From the NCBI GenBank assembly GCA_951406725.2, contig OX597825.1, positions 45,136,001 to 45,200,000 of the forward strand: a stretch of DNA of 64,000 bases, given 5' to 3'. Both the position numbers and the translations under genes were made by a program. The DNA is from Octopus vulgaris (Eukaryota). Below, piece by piece: positions 24,579-37,000 of this stretch; position 1 is the first letter of the stretch; every line of letters begins with the position of its first letter. The notes under the pieces are model-generated. The model was given only the letters and a program-made list of their open reading frames with translations. It made no database searches and was not told the origin of the DNA.

Positions 24579-27500
24579 TATATACACTTTGTATATATAC
24601 ATTATATGTACATATTTATATATAGAACACACACACACATAAATTAACCCAATAAATATCTGATTCATAATATTTGTTCTCATGATTGTGTGGTGGTGGT
24701 GGTGGCAATGATAATTCTCTCTATGAATGCAGACAGACATAGAGAGAGAATGTGAAAGAGCGCTGTCGAAGGCGGCGGAGGAAAGATATAGGATGCTGTG
24801 AAACGATGTTATAAAGAGAAAGTGAAGGGAAGGGAAGAAAGAGAGAGAAACAGAGGAAGACAGATACATAAAAGAATGAGACGAGACTTGTGAAAGTGCG
24901 TTTTTGGCCCTAGTAACGATACCTTTTAAGATAGGGATTTCTAACCTAGCCCACTCCCATCCTCACCTCATTTTACATGTCCCTGGTAATTTTGGAGTCA
25001 ATCCGACGAGATCTAGTGCCCTTTAACCCATTCTCAATGCCATAACCAGACAAACAAGCTTTTTGCATTTCAGAATTATAATATAGAGACTAGCTGAAGG
25101 TGACCCGCGCATAGAGCGGGTAAGAGTGTGGTTGTTACTTTCTGTTGCTTCCTTTCTGTTTTTTATCACCACATTCTCCCTCTTTGTTTCTCTCTCACTT
25201 TCTCACTCTCTTACTCTTCCTTTCTCTCGGACTCTCCCTCGCTTTCTCTTACTCTCTATCTTTATCTATCTCTCTCCCATTTATAAACAACAAAAGATCT
25301 TGAGTAAGTTGAGAATGGAAATAGTTTGAAGGATCAATCATAAATATGAGGCAGTGACAATGGAAAGGTCTGCTTCAAGGTAGACAGTGAAACACTAACA
25401 TTTAAAAAGGACAGACGAACTTGCAAGCTGAATAAAAATAATTAAATATTGGAAACCAAAGTTTGAAGGGACAGAATCTGAGGATAGTAGAGTCACCATG
25501 GCTGGCATTTCTTAACGACAGACAGCAACGTATTGACAGTTTAAAGGCTGGCGTAAAATTTTGAACTTGATGTAAGAGAAAATTCCTAAACACCAACTTT
25601 TGAAGTGATTCTTTCTCATGGCAGTAGACTCACCATGGCAAGCATTCAAAACTTCTTCATCATGGACGGCAACACACTGACGATTAAAAGGCTGGCGCAA
25701 ACTTTTTAGCTTGATGTAACAAAGAATTCCTAAACACCCGCTCCTGTAAATTTTAATCCCCTTCCAGCCCCATTTAGACCCCTTTTCACATTCTGGTTAA
25801 TATAACCCGATTTCATTCGGGTCTACTCGGGCCACATTTTATAAGATGAGGAATTTTGTCCTAGAGGTCACGCCTTTCATTTGAGGTAAAAAATAGTAGA
25901 CATGCAAACTCGCCAGCACTTTTAACATAGGTGTGCATATTTTCAGCTCAACCGACTACATAATGCACACATTATATATATATATAAGTACATATATACG
26001 CATTATTTATATATATATCTATGTGTGTGTGTGTGTGCATACGCATTATATATATAAATGTTTACAAATTGTATACATATATATATATATAAATACAGAT
26101 ATATACACTTTGTATATATACATTATATATGAGCGTCGAGCTTACAATCGTGAGGTTGTGAGCTCGAATCCCGGACCGGGCTGCGTGTTGTGTTCTTGAG
26201 CAAGGCACTTTATTTCACGTTGCTCCAGTTCACTCAGCTGTAGAAATGAGTTACGACGTCACTGATGTCAAACTGTATCGGCCTTTGCCTTTCCCTTGGA
26301 TAACACTGGTGGTGTGTAGAGGGGAGGCTGGTATGCATGGGCGACTGCTGGTCTTCCATAAACAACATTGCCCGGACTTGTGTCTAGGAGGGTAACTTTC
26401 TAGGTGCAATCCCATGGTCATTCATGACCGAAGGGGGTCTTTACCCTTTACATATTTATATATAGAACACACACACATATATAAATTAACCCAATAAATA
26501 TCTGATTCATAATATATATTTGTTCTCATGATTGTGTGGTGGTTGTGGCGATGATAATTCTCTCTATGAATGCAGACAGACATAGAGAGAGAGAGTGACA
26601 GCGCTGGTGAAAGCGGCGGGGGAATGATAGTAGACTTTCCCTCGCTTTCTCTTACTCTCTATCTTTCTCTATCTATCTCTCTCCCATTTATAAACAACAA
26701 AAGATGTTGAGTATGTTGAGAAAGAAAATATTTTTATGCTTTTTAAACCCTTCGTTGTTATTCTCATTCACTCATTATTACTTTCTCCCTTCCTTTCACT
26801 TTCTCTGTATAATGTTATAGAGAGAATGTGGAGGGAAGAGAAGTAGACGCTGTGAAACGACGTTATAGATAGAATGTGAAAGGAAGGGAGGAAAGAGAGT
26901 GAGTGATGGAGAAAGACAGACACATAAAAGAATGAGAGGAGACTTGTCAGTGTGCGTTTTTGGCCCTAGCAATGACACCTTTAAGATTTCTAACCTAGCC
27001 CACTGGCATCCTTGGCTCATTTTACATGTCCCTGTAAATTTTAGAGTCGATCCGACAGGATCTAGTGGCCCTTAACCCATTCTCAATGCCAAAAACCAGA
27101 CAAACAAACTTTTTGCATTTCAGAATTATAATATAGAGATGATGGAGGGAAGGGAGGAAAGAGAGAGATCGAGAAAGATAGAGTGATATCTGAAAGGGAG
27201 AAATGACAAACACTTGTCAAAGTCTAGGTTTTGTTGCCCTAGTAACTACAGCTTTTGAGATAGAGATTTCTAACCTCGTCCAGTCACTTCCTCGCCTCTT
27301 TTTACATGCCCCTGTAAATTTTGGTGCCAATCCGACCCCATCTACCGGCCCTTAAACCATTTCCATCACAAAATAAGACAAACAAATTTTTTGCATTTCA
27401 GCTTTATATATATTGATTATATATATATAGAAAAATCACTCTTCTCACCATAGCAACTGCATCTTCCCAGATGGCGAGTTTTAACCTACTCAACTCTCTG

Positions 27501-28225
27501 CCTCATCATGCCTTCTATGCCTGTGTCAATTTTCAGCTCGATCTGGCCGCCAACCTCTAACGTAGCAAAATGTGCTGACTATTTTGACCCAAAGCCTCTT
27601 GTATATATATATATATATATAGATTACCGTCACTAATGTCTAGGGGTTGATGACGATATATATTAAGATTATATATATATACACATATATATATGTATAT
27701 TAATTATATATCTATTTATATACATATATATATAAATTAACACAATATATCTGATTAATAATATCTGTTATGATTGTGCAGTGGTGGTGGATGATAATAA
27801 TTCACCGTTCTAAATGACCTGTGGCGGGAATATTTAAACTTTTGCAGCTGTCAATGCTTTCTCTCTATAGATACAGACATAGTGAGAGAGGTGGTGGGAG
27901 AAAGAGTGACAGAGAGACGAAGCTGTCAAACATCGTTATAGAGAAAATGTGGAGGGAAGGAAGGAAAGAGAGAGATTGAGGAAGACAGGGTGATATCCGA
28001 AAGAAAGAAACGACAAACACTTGTCAAAGTCTGGGTTTTGTTGCCCTAGTAACCACAGCTTTTAAGACAGGGGTTTCTAACCTAGACCAGTCGCCTGCTC
28101 ACCTCTTTTTACATGTCTCTGTAAATTTTGGCGCCAATCCGACCCCATCTACTGCCCCTTAAACCGTTCCCATCCCAAAATAAGAGAAACAAATTATTTG
28201 CAATTCAGCTTTATTGATATTGACT
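21380..28225 (-). mobile_element. Tandem/nested array of non-autonomous Helitron-like elements (unit about 1.5 kb)
   Basis: Plus-strand actag followed by hairpin acccg...cgggt at 21616, 23575 (imperfect) and 25089 is a minus-strand subterminal hairpin plus CTAG end. The opposite ends read TC on the minus strand. 23575-25088 is repeated from 25089. Internal (TA)n/(CA)n tracts are present. Confidence 0.75.
26131..26450 (+). mobile_element. tRNA-derived SINE of a second family, inserted in the Helitron array
   Basis: gagcgtcgagcttacaatcgtgaggttgtgagCTCGAATCCC (B-box-like), then cttgagcaaggcacttta core-like sequence and a tttacc tail. Absent from the neighbouring Helitron unit. Confidence 0.8.
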
Positions 28226-28283
28226 AATAAAATAATATACTGAATGCAATGAAAGGACAACAAAATGAAGTGATACAACTCAC

Positions 28284-28392
28284 AGGTACTTTGACAATAT
28301 CTTCTATTGTTTTAGGATTGATTAACATATTTATAAGATCCTTGACTTCAGGTTGTCTTTCAGTTCCAACTCTATTGACAAAATCTTTTAAT
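28284..28392 (-). CDS. IQCH: Host gene exon, IQCH-like: (K)LKDFVNRVGTERQPEVKDLINMLINPKTIEDIVKVP
   Basis: Acceptor ttttctttag and donor gtgagt. 109 nt, phase 2 to 0, continuing the 50445-50522 exon in frame. Gene identity is recalled similarity and has not been searched. Confidence 0.8.
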
Positions 28393-28489
28393 CTAAAGAA
28401 AATAAAGAAATGTGTGAGTTAAAGAATCTACACAAGAATATGAAATATTAATAAATAATTTGTAGCTTAACAATCTATACAAGTAGTCA

Positions 28490-28746
28490 AAGAGAGAGAC
28501 AGACAGAGAAAGAGAGAGATAGAGACAAAGAGAGCGAAAGAGAGAGAGAGACAGACAGACAGACAAAAACAGACAGACAGACAGACAGAGACAGACAGAC
28601 AGACAGAGACAGACAGACAGACAGAGACAGACAGACAGACAGAGACAGACAGACAGACAGAGACAGACAGACAGACAGAGACAGACAGACAGACAGGCAG
28701 GCAGGCAGGCTGAGACAGAGTCAGAGAAAGAAAGAGAGAGAGAGAG
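28490..28746. repeat. (GACA)n/(GA)n compound microsatellite
   Basis: Direct reading of the sequence. Confidence 0.95.
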
Positions 28747-29959
28747 TTACCATAGAGTTATTAGACCTCATAGAAACAAAATTCACATTAATATACTTTT
28801 TACCATCTTTGAAATCAAAATGTTTCAGTTTCAAATTTTCAGATTACATGCTCGTAACAAAGATATGATGACACCTAAATAACTGTTATTCCAGAGGGGC
28901 AAATCAATGCTTGCTAATGACTTGTAACTCATAAAACAATATTTAAATTCATTCACAAAAGTAGATATCTAAATGTTTGAGATGAGTTATTGATAATAAG
29001 ATCGTAATTTTGAAACTAGTGATCTCATTGTCAGAGAAGGAAAAAATGTTTGATATTTACAACTACATTATAATTTGAGGAATTCGATCTCCATTTGTCA
29101 TCAAATGTGTTATTGCTGGATTTGTACACAGTACTAGAATGCTCACATCATAGTACCAACTGCATCAATTGCTCATGACAAATTTCTCACAAGCAATAAT
29201 CAACAAATTACTGCGTACATCATTCCCAATGCATTGTGAGATTTTCAAACACAAACCCCTAGATATCACAAGTAGACTGGACCTATAACCAGAATGTCTT
29301 GTGTATATTTATTGAAAAAATCAGCGTACTTTGCATTAAGTTGTGGATGGAAGTTTATTGATATGTTTTGTGTTACTCAATTTCAGACCTCCCATCTCTA
29401 AATATATCAATGTTTTAAAAACTTAATACATATGGTCACAAAAATATTTGTGTTACAATTTCACAGAGAGAAATGCAAGATGACACCTGAAAAAACAGTC
29501 CATGCATGCTTGAAATGAAATGAAATGCTGCTGATGAAGATACAAGAGAAAAAGAGCAGAGAAGTTTCAGGTAAGAATTTAATTCCAATTGCATAGTTTC
29601 AGGTTCAATCCCATAACAAATCCCTCACTCAAAAAAGAGGTAAAGGTTAATAACAGGAAGGGCATCTGGCTGTAAAAACAGTGCCTCACTAATATATATT
29701 TAATGATTGCTAGCACAGAAAAATGGATATAAAAACAAACGAATAAAAGTGTGTATGGACATGAATGTGTGTGTGTGTGTGTGTGTGTGAACGCATGCAT
29801 GTATGTATTCATAACACAGAAAATAAGTCAGAATATAGATGTATCTCTTCTTTGATTATAATTTACATACAAAGATATAAAAAAGCTAGAGAAAAAATGA
29901 AAATGGAGCACACACACCTACACATTCAAACAAATCCATATATATATATATACATATAC

Positions 29960-31900
29960 TAGCAGCAAGAAAAATCATTATTGAATTCGAAGTATTGGAC
30001 TACAATTGATAGGCCTGATAATTTCAACATTACCATGTGGTCTAGTGATTTAGTTCAGGTAAGCGATTTAGTTGGTATTTATATTCTTAGTTGTATACAT
30101 AATGAATTTCTTGAATTAGGAGGTGGATTATATAGAGATGAAGCTCTATTCACTATATATCTTACTAGAATGGGCATTATGTCAGTCTGTCTGTCCATCT
30201 CTCTATCTCTTTGTCTGTTCTCTCTTCATGGCCAGACAGCTGGACCAATGGTAACAATGTTTTTCGGGATTACAAAGATGGTCATCTGGTAGGTTTTTAG
30301 CATTAAAAAATCAGAAAGTATGACTATTTCATGGATATCGATTTTTGATTCACATTTTTATTAAAAATTCATGAACCTCAAGTAACTCTGGATTTTCATC
30401 ATACAGTTCGTGGCCTCATCGTAGATATGAAGAATGTCACAAGGACAGTTAATAGCAAAAATAAAATGGAAAAAGTGTGTGTCAGTATATAGTGTGTGAT
30501 TATTTAGTGGTTATTGAAGCGAGTCAGTCTCAAGCAGGATTCAAAACAGCTAATCGAAGCGGCTGCTGTTTACATCTCAGTTTTGTCAATTAAAATAAGC
30601 CTGACATTATTCGCATAGAACAGTGAGAGGTAAGTCTTAGTTTGATTTTTTGCAACCCTAAAGATTCCACTCACACATTCACAGCAAACAAGGCACAGGG
30701 CCAGACATTAGATCATGTAGGTGTATTTTTAACCTCTCCAATGTTTACACATGGCCAATCACTCCAGTAATTTGAAAATTAGTGTCGACCAAACAGAAAA
30801 TATTGTCTAAAAAGAAGTTTTGTAATCATATTGATATTATCAAAAGGAATATAATTCATAATTTAAATAAGAAAATTTATGAACTTTGAATGTATAAGAG
30901 TATAAACAAGCATAAAATAGTGTAAACAACTAAAATAAAAGTATAACTAAATAACATTTTTTTCTTAATACTTTTTATGTAGTGGTCAAAGGAAGCTCTG
31001 GCTTTTGCTAGGAGTGGTCCACATAACCATTCATGATACAGAGGTTGGGAACCTATTTCAGTTCGGGAGAGAAATGTCATCACATGTTACTTAGTCGCAA
31101 ACACATGTCATATAGCTGCAATAGAATGCTGTATCACCAACAATAATGTGATTTCTTTAAGACATCACCCAGTAATCTATCAAGTCCATTTGCACATTTC
31201 TCAATACATACTGCTGTTATGACTTCCCTCCCTCATTTTATACCTCCATCGTAGATGGGTAGATTTAATATGGTTAATTTAGAAAAGTCCAGAAAATAAC
31301 TTTTCAAATTCTTTAAGTGTCTTATTCTTTCTACCACTAGAATAGCGTTAACTTCCTTGATGTTACACTTGATTTATGTAATGAGCTACACCAACCTTAT
31401 CATAAGCCTAATGCATGTAAATAAAAATTCAGATCAACCTTATCATAAGCCTAAGGTATATAAATAAAAATTCAGATCATCCAAGGAGAATAATAAATTC
31501 TATCATTAAAAACATATCTACTCACATTTCAAGACTTTCAGTTAATGAGGATGTATTTAAACAAAATGAAAATTACTATAACCACACTTTATTTGAAGCT
31601 GGATATAAAGATAAAATTTACTATATCCAGAATCATAATAATAATAAAATTCCTGGAAATGATAGGATTTTGCATAAGTTGGAAATTAATAGGGAGTATA
31701 ATAAAACTAAAAGTCTAGATAGAAATATATTAAACAATTTTTCAAACTTAGCTTAATAAAAGAAGAAATAATGATACAAATGCAATAGGCAGAAAATTAA
31801 GCATTGATGATGAACATATTATTAATAAGTATGGGTATAAATCTGTAGATACTAAATATGTGATTGGTATGAATAATAATAATAACAACAAATTTATCAA
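29960..31900 (+). mobile_element. Third Penelope-like RT fragment, split by a Helitron piece and other sequence
   Basis: FNITMWSSDLVQVSDLVGIYIL..GGGLYRDE (29981-30150). It resumes at about 31255 with VNFLDVTLDL..QPYHKPN..YINKNSDHP..ISRLSVNEDVF..YYNHTLFEAGY. A 43-bp tandem duplication lies at about 31392-31478. Confidence 0.8.
30152..30860 (+). mobile_element. Helitron remnant with the C-terminus of a Pif1-type helicase
   Basis: FTANKAQGQTLDHVGVFLTSPMFTHGQ (about 30675-30760) and TENIV.KEVL*. The 5' part has (tctg)n and catggccagacagctggacc. Confidence 0.75.
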
Positions 31901-32151
31901 TAATATTAATACACCAACTTGTTCTTTTGTGGTCTGTGTCATGCTTACTTCAAAGGAAGAAGTGCATGGCAAAGCAAGAGAGAGAAGGACAGAGAGAAAG
32001 AGAGAGAATGAGAAATCAAGAGAGTAGGAGAGAAAGAGAGAGAATGAATGGTGATAGCGTTCATTTTTAAATGTTTCAGAAAGGAAGTAAGAGAGAAAGA
32101 CAAAGAGACAGTGAGTGGTTACAGCATTTTTGTGGTTTTAAATATTTAAGA

Positions 32152-32235
32152 AAAGTAGATACATAGGTCGAAAAGTAGATACATAGGTCGAAAAGTAGAT
32201 ACATAGGTCGAAAAGTAGATACATAGGTCGAAAGA
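32152..32235. repeat. 20-bp minisatellite (aaaagtagatacataggtcg) x4
   Basis: Direct reading. Degenerate copies continue to about 32365. Confidence 0.9.
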
Positions 32236-32671
32236 AAAGTTGATACATAGATACATACACATATTGTTAAATTAAAATCAGGAGAGAGGAGGGACACAGA
32301 GGAAGTGAGAGAGAATGAGATTGAGAGAGATAGAAGATACATAGATCGAAAGAAAAGTTGATTCACAAATACATAGACATGATGTTAAATCAAAGACAAC
32401 TGCAACAAATATTGGAAGTCACTTTCACTTTTCATTACCACAGAGGATAAAATTAACTCGCAAATTAACTCGCAAAGGATTTCTGTTAACTAAAAATTTT
32501 AATGCAATACATAGAACTTAACATTTATAAGAAATATATCATGTGAAAATATGGCGTAAATAGAGGAAATATGTATTTAAGCTATTAAAATTACAAATGT
32601 ATTTTAGCTGTGAGAAAAAAATTAACTTTAATATACCATTTACTGGAAAAATTGTAAAGTCTAAATAATTA

Positions 32672-32825
32672 TAAGCACAGGAGTAGCTGTGTGGTAAGTA
32701 GCTTACTAACAAACCACATGGTTCCGAGTTCAGTCCCACTGCATGGCACCTTGGGCAAGTGTCTTCTACTATAGCCTCAGGCCAACCAAAGCCTTGTGAG
32801 TGGGTTTGGTAGATGGAAACTGAAA
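32672..32825 (+). mobile_element. tRNA-derived SINE, 5' half
   Basis: tagctgtgtggtaag...gagttcagtccc...ttgggcaagtgtc. Confidence 0.9.
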
Positions 32826-33220
32826 TTGTTCCAGAATGATTCATAATAATGTCATGTGGATAATTCAAATAGTTTGACTGTTATGTCGTTCAGTAAGCAA
32901 ATACATAGATAAATATAAAGAAATAGAGATAAAAAGAAAGAAATCTTGTGTGCGTTATCACACATGCACACACACTCACACTCAATATATTCACACACAC
33001 ACCAAAAAAACCTCCACAGATTTCTCATACATATATATACATATAGAGTGTATATGTGCAAAATTTATGAGTTTTTTGGTATGTGTATGTATATATGTGT
33101 GTGTGTATATGTGAGTGTGTGTGTGTGCATGTGTGGTGACATACACAAGATTTTCTTTTTATCTCTCTTTATTTCTCTTGAGTTACTCTGTTACTTCTGC
33201 TAAATATCAATAAAAATATT

Positions 33221-33955
33221 ATCTATCTATCTATCCGCTCAGTCGAAGTTGACTCTCGGTTACTCGATGGATCAGTGTCTTCCAGCCAGTTCTGGTCACT
33301 TCTTTCAGATTGGCTATGTCCATTCCCGTGTCACTCTTGATGGTGTCAAGCCAGCGGGTTCTTGGTCGGCCTCTTCCTCTCTTGCCACTGACCATTCTGA
33401 GTAGGATGTCCTTCTCTTGGGATTTTCTCCGCATAATATGACCGAAATATGCCAATCTATGCTTGGTGGTCCCAGCTTCTAGTGACAGTTTTGGCTTGAT
33501 CTGCTTAAAAACCTCTCCATTTGGTGAGCTTCGCTATCCATGGAATCTGTAAAAGTCTTCTCCAGCACCAAAGCTCAAATGCATTAATTCTCTTCTGGTC
33601 AGCTTTCTTTAGTGTCCAGGTCTCGCATCCATATGTTGCTATTGGGAAGACAATTGCATTCACTAATCTGCATTTGGTAGCGAGTCTGATGTCTCTACTC
33701 TTCCAGACTTTGCTCATGCTGACCATTGCCTCTCTGCCTAGCACTATCCGCTGCCTTATTTCTGGAGTGCAATTACCATCTCGATTTATTTTGGAGCCTA
33801 GGAATATGAAATCATCAGCCACTTCAATCTCTTCATTATCATCTTGATGTTGTTTGTTGTGGCTGCTGTTGACATGATCTTCGTTTTCTTGACATTGAGG
33901 TACAGCCCAAATTTCTCACTCTCTTTCTTGACTAGCAGGATAAGATTCTCTAGGA
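33221..33955 (-). mobile_element. RTE LINE 3' fragment (separate family)
   Basis: FGLYLNVKKTKIM, DFIFLGS, YGCETWTL, FELWCWRRLLQIPW, YFGHIMR, RGRGRPRTRW. It ends in a (GATA)n tail. Confidence 0.9.
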
Positions 33956-34029
33956 TGAAACTTATTTGAAAATTATATGAACCTATATGATATATCTGTT
34001 GGCAAATGTCCATGCAAACCTATTTTTCA

Positions 34030-37000
34030 GTTGCAGAATGTTGACCTCCATACTCCTGTTCTCTCTTGCCACCCTTTCCTCACTCTTAGAGTTGGCACAC
34101 TCAATGCGAGTATATTGAAAAGTACATCTGGTGAGATTATTTGAGATGCTGGAATGAAAGTGTGTTGCACAAGAAGTAAGGTGGAGGTGAGCTTCTACCA
34201 GATTTCTTACAAGCAAAGAACATGTGTATAAAATCTTCTGGGTAGGCATTAGTGATGGGGTTAGTGACGTGAGCATACTTTTTGTTGTAGAATGGTTTGA
34301 TAAAGCAATCAAGTTAGATTGTGTGATCAAATACTTATGCTTAGACTAGTTTTGCAAAGTAGAACATCAGTTATTATTTCTGCCTATGCTCCTCAACCAG
34401 AGCTGACAGACAAATAGAAAGATTGCTTTTATGACACCCTTTTGTAGACTACTTCATTGACAAATGACAGTTAACTTCTCTTCATAACTGACAATGTTGG
34501 CATGTTGGGCATGCTAGACAACATCTGGTTGACTTTCATGGTTTGTGCATGGAGACTGTAGAGAGAGTTCCCTAAATGAGGAGGGAACTAGGCTACTGGT
34601 TTTCAGTGATGCAAATGACCTTATGATCTGCAATAGTAATTTCAGGAAACTAGCCAGACACCTGTTCACCTATCAATCGAGTGGCCACACAAGCCAGATT
34701 GACTACATTCTCACCAGAAAGCAGGAAAGATGGTTGCTTATAAATGCAAATCCCTTTCCAGGTGAAGAGTGCACTCCTCAATATAGGTTAGTTGTTAGTG
34801 ACTTCAGATCTCCGGCTTCAAGGATGTCAAGAAGCAAGCAGTTTGGGAAAAAAATGATGTGGAAGCTTAAGAATCCTCTGAGTAGTCAGAGATTTAGAAA
34901 TGTTCTAATTGAAGCGTCTGATGAGGAGGAGGTGGAGATGGTGACATGTAACATAGAGAACAACTGCAAATTCCTACATGACAATTTATGAGGCTCACAG
35001 ACCGAATTTGTGGCTGGTGCAAAGTCCCATCCAGACCTAGGGTGACATGGTGGTGGAACTGTGTAGCAGACAAAACCATTAAAGCAAAGAAACAGAATCC
35101 TTGAAGGATCAGAAGAGTAGTGGTAGCAGGGAATTATATCAGGTAGCTAAAAGTGAAGCTGGAAGATAGGTATATTTAGCTAGGGGAGAAGCAGAAAGGA
35201 GGAAGTTTTCCAATGTTCTATGGCATGAGGCCTAGAGACTTAAGGTATTTCAGATTGCAAGACAGTATGTCAGGGAAAATTGTGATGTTGTAGGTGAGAA
35301 GTGTGTTTGCATGGATGATGGTTCACTTGAAGTTAGTGATTCTTCAAATAAAGATGCTTGGAAGTGTCACTATGAAAGGCTGATGAATGTAGAGAATGCA
35401 TGGAGGGAAGGAGTGTCTGCTTAATGTGGATGCAACAGAGGGACTAGCAATCTGAATAGACAGTAGCTTGTTAGATAAAGCAATTAAGGATATAAACACA
35501 GGGAATGTCCTGACCCACCAAGAATCACTGCTGAGATGCTTAAAAATATCTGGCAGAGTGGGATATGGCTTAGTCACCAATATAGTTAATTAGGTTGTCC
35601 ATGAAGGAGTCAAACCCAATCATTTGTGTAGCAGCATTATAATCAGCTGCTACAGAGTTAAAAGTAATACCTTAGTCTGAAAGGTGACACCTGAGACAAG
35701 TATCAGATTGCTGTGCCAGGTGATGAAAGTTACAGAAAGGGTCATAATTCAACTAATTTGGAAGAGAGTTAGCCTAGATGAAATGCAGTTTAGTTTTGTG
35801 ATAGCACTTCCTAGATAGCACTTGTGATAGCACTTCCTAGATAGATCTTCCTAGTAAAGCAACTGCAGGAGAAGCATTTAGCCAAGGAGAAGCATTTGAC
35901 AAGGTACCCCAATCCCTTATCTGGTAGTCAATGTGGAAATTAGGGTTAGAGGAGCAGTTAGTGAGAGCTGTACAAGCCATGTACAGGGATGCTGCCAGTA
36001 AGGTGAAAGTTGGCAATGAGTATAGCAATAAATTTAGTGTAGAGGAAGGAGTTTACCAAAGATCAGTTCTCAACTCTCTTTTATTTATCATAGCCCTTCA
36101 GGCCATAACAGAGGAATTTAAGACTGGCTGCTCTTGGAGCTCCTTTATACTGATGGTCTTGTTCTTATAGCTGAATCACTACCAGAACTAGAGAAGAAAT
36201 TTCAGGTGTGGGAGCAAAGACTATGGAATTTACAATTAACTGCACCAGGGTTCCTCTTCCCCAGGGAACCAGACCTAATGGTATACCTGCGGATGTAGGT
36301 CCAGACCCTGCTTTGCTGGGTCCTGTCTCTGATCACGTTGCACCTCCAAGGGCATCCATTGACGGTGATGCCCTTAATCTTAACAGACGGGTATCACCTG
36401 ATGGAGAAGAGTCAGCCCCCAACCAAACAACACCAAACAAACACCTCATCAGCTGTAAAAATCATACGATACTCAGCACCTTCAATGCCCACACCCTCAG
36501 CTCTCTTGGCTGTCTAGAAGAACTTGGTGCAAATGCAGAATCATATGGCATTGATATAATAGCTGTCCAAGAACACCGATTTTACCACCTTGACAACATC
36601 CTCAGCATCAAAGAATACTGTTAATTCAACAGTTGGAGGTACCGGATTTCTACTTTCATCAAAAGCCAGTGATACTCTCTTGAGTATAGAGTCAATCTCA
36701 CCTAGAATTATGGTGCTTGAGATAGATGGAAACCCCAAAACAACATTGGTATGTGTGTATAGCCCACATAATTCGTCTGTGGCAGATGAGATTGAGAGTT
36801 TTTATACAACCCTTCGTTCAACCATTGAGCAAGTACCTCTCCATAATTTTCTAGTTATAGCTGGTTATCTGAATGCTAGACTAGGACCCGATGAGACCAA
36901 GTTTACTTTCAACTCTAAAACTAATCGGAACGGAGAAATGCTCAAAGACTTCTTGGAGGAATTTAATCTCTACACCTCCAACAATTCTTTTATGAAACCA

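Noticed and set aside
30877-31240. Minus-strand ORF as an extra host exon
   Set aside because: No convincing splice sites, and the flanking exons already join seamlessly (DGNK-LKDF). It is probably a MITE fragment.
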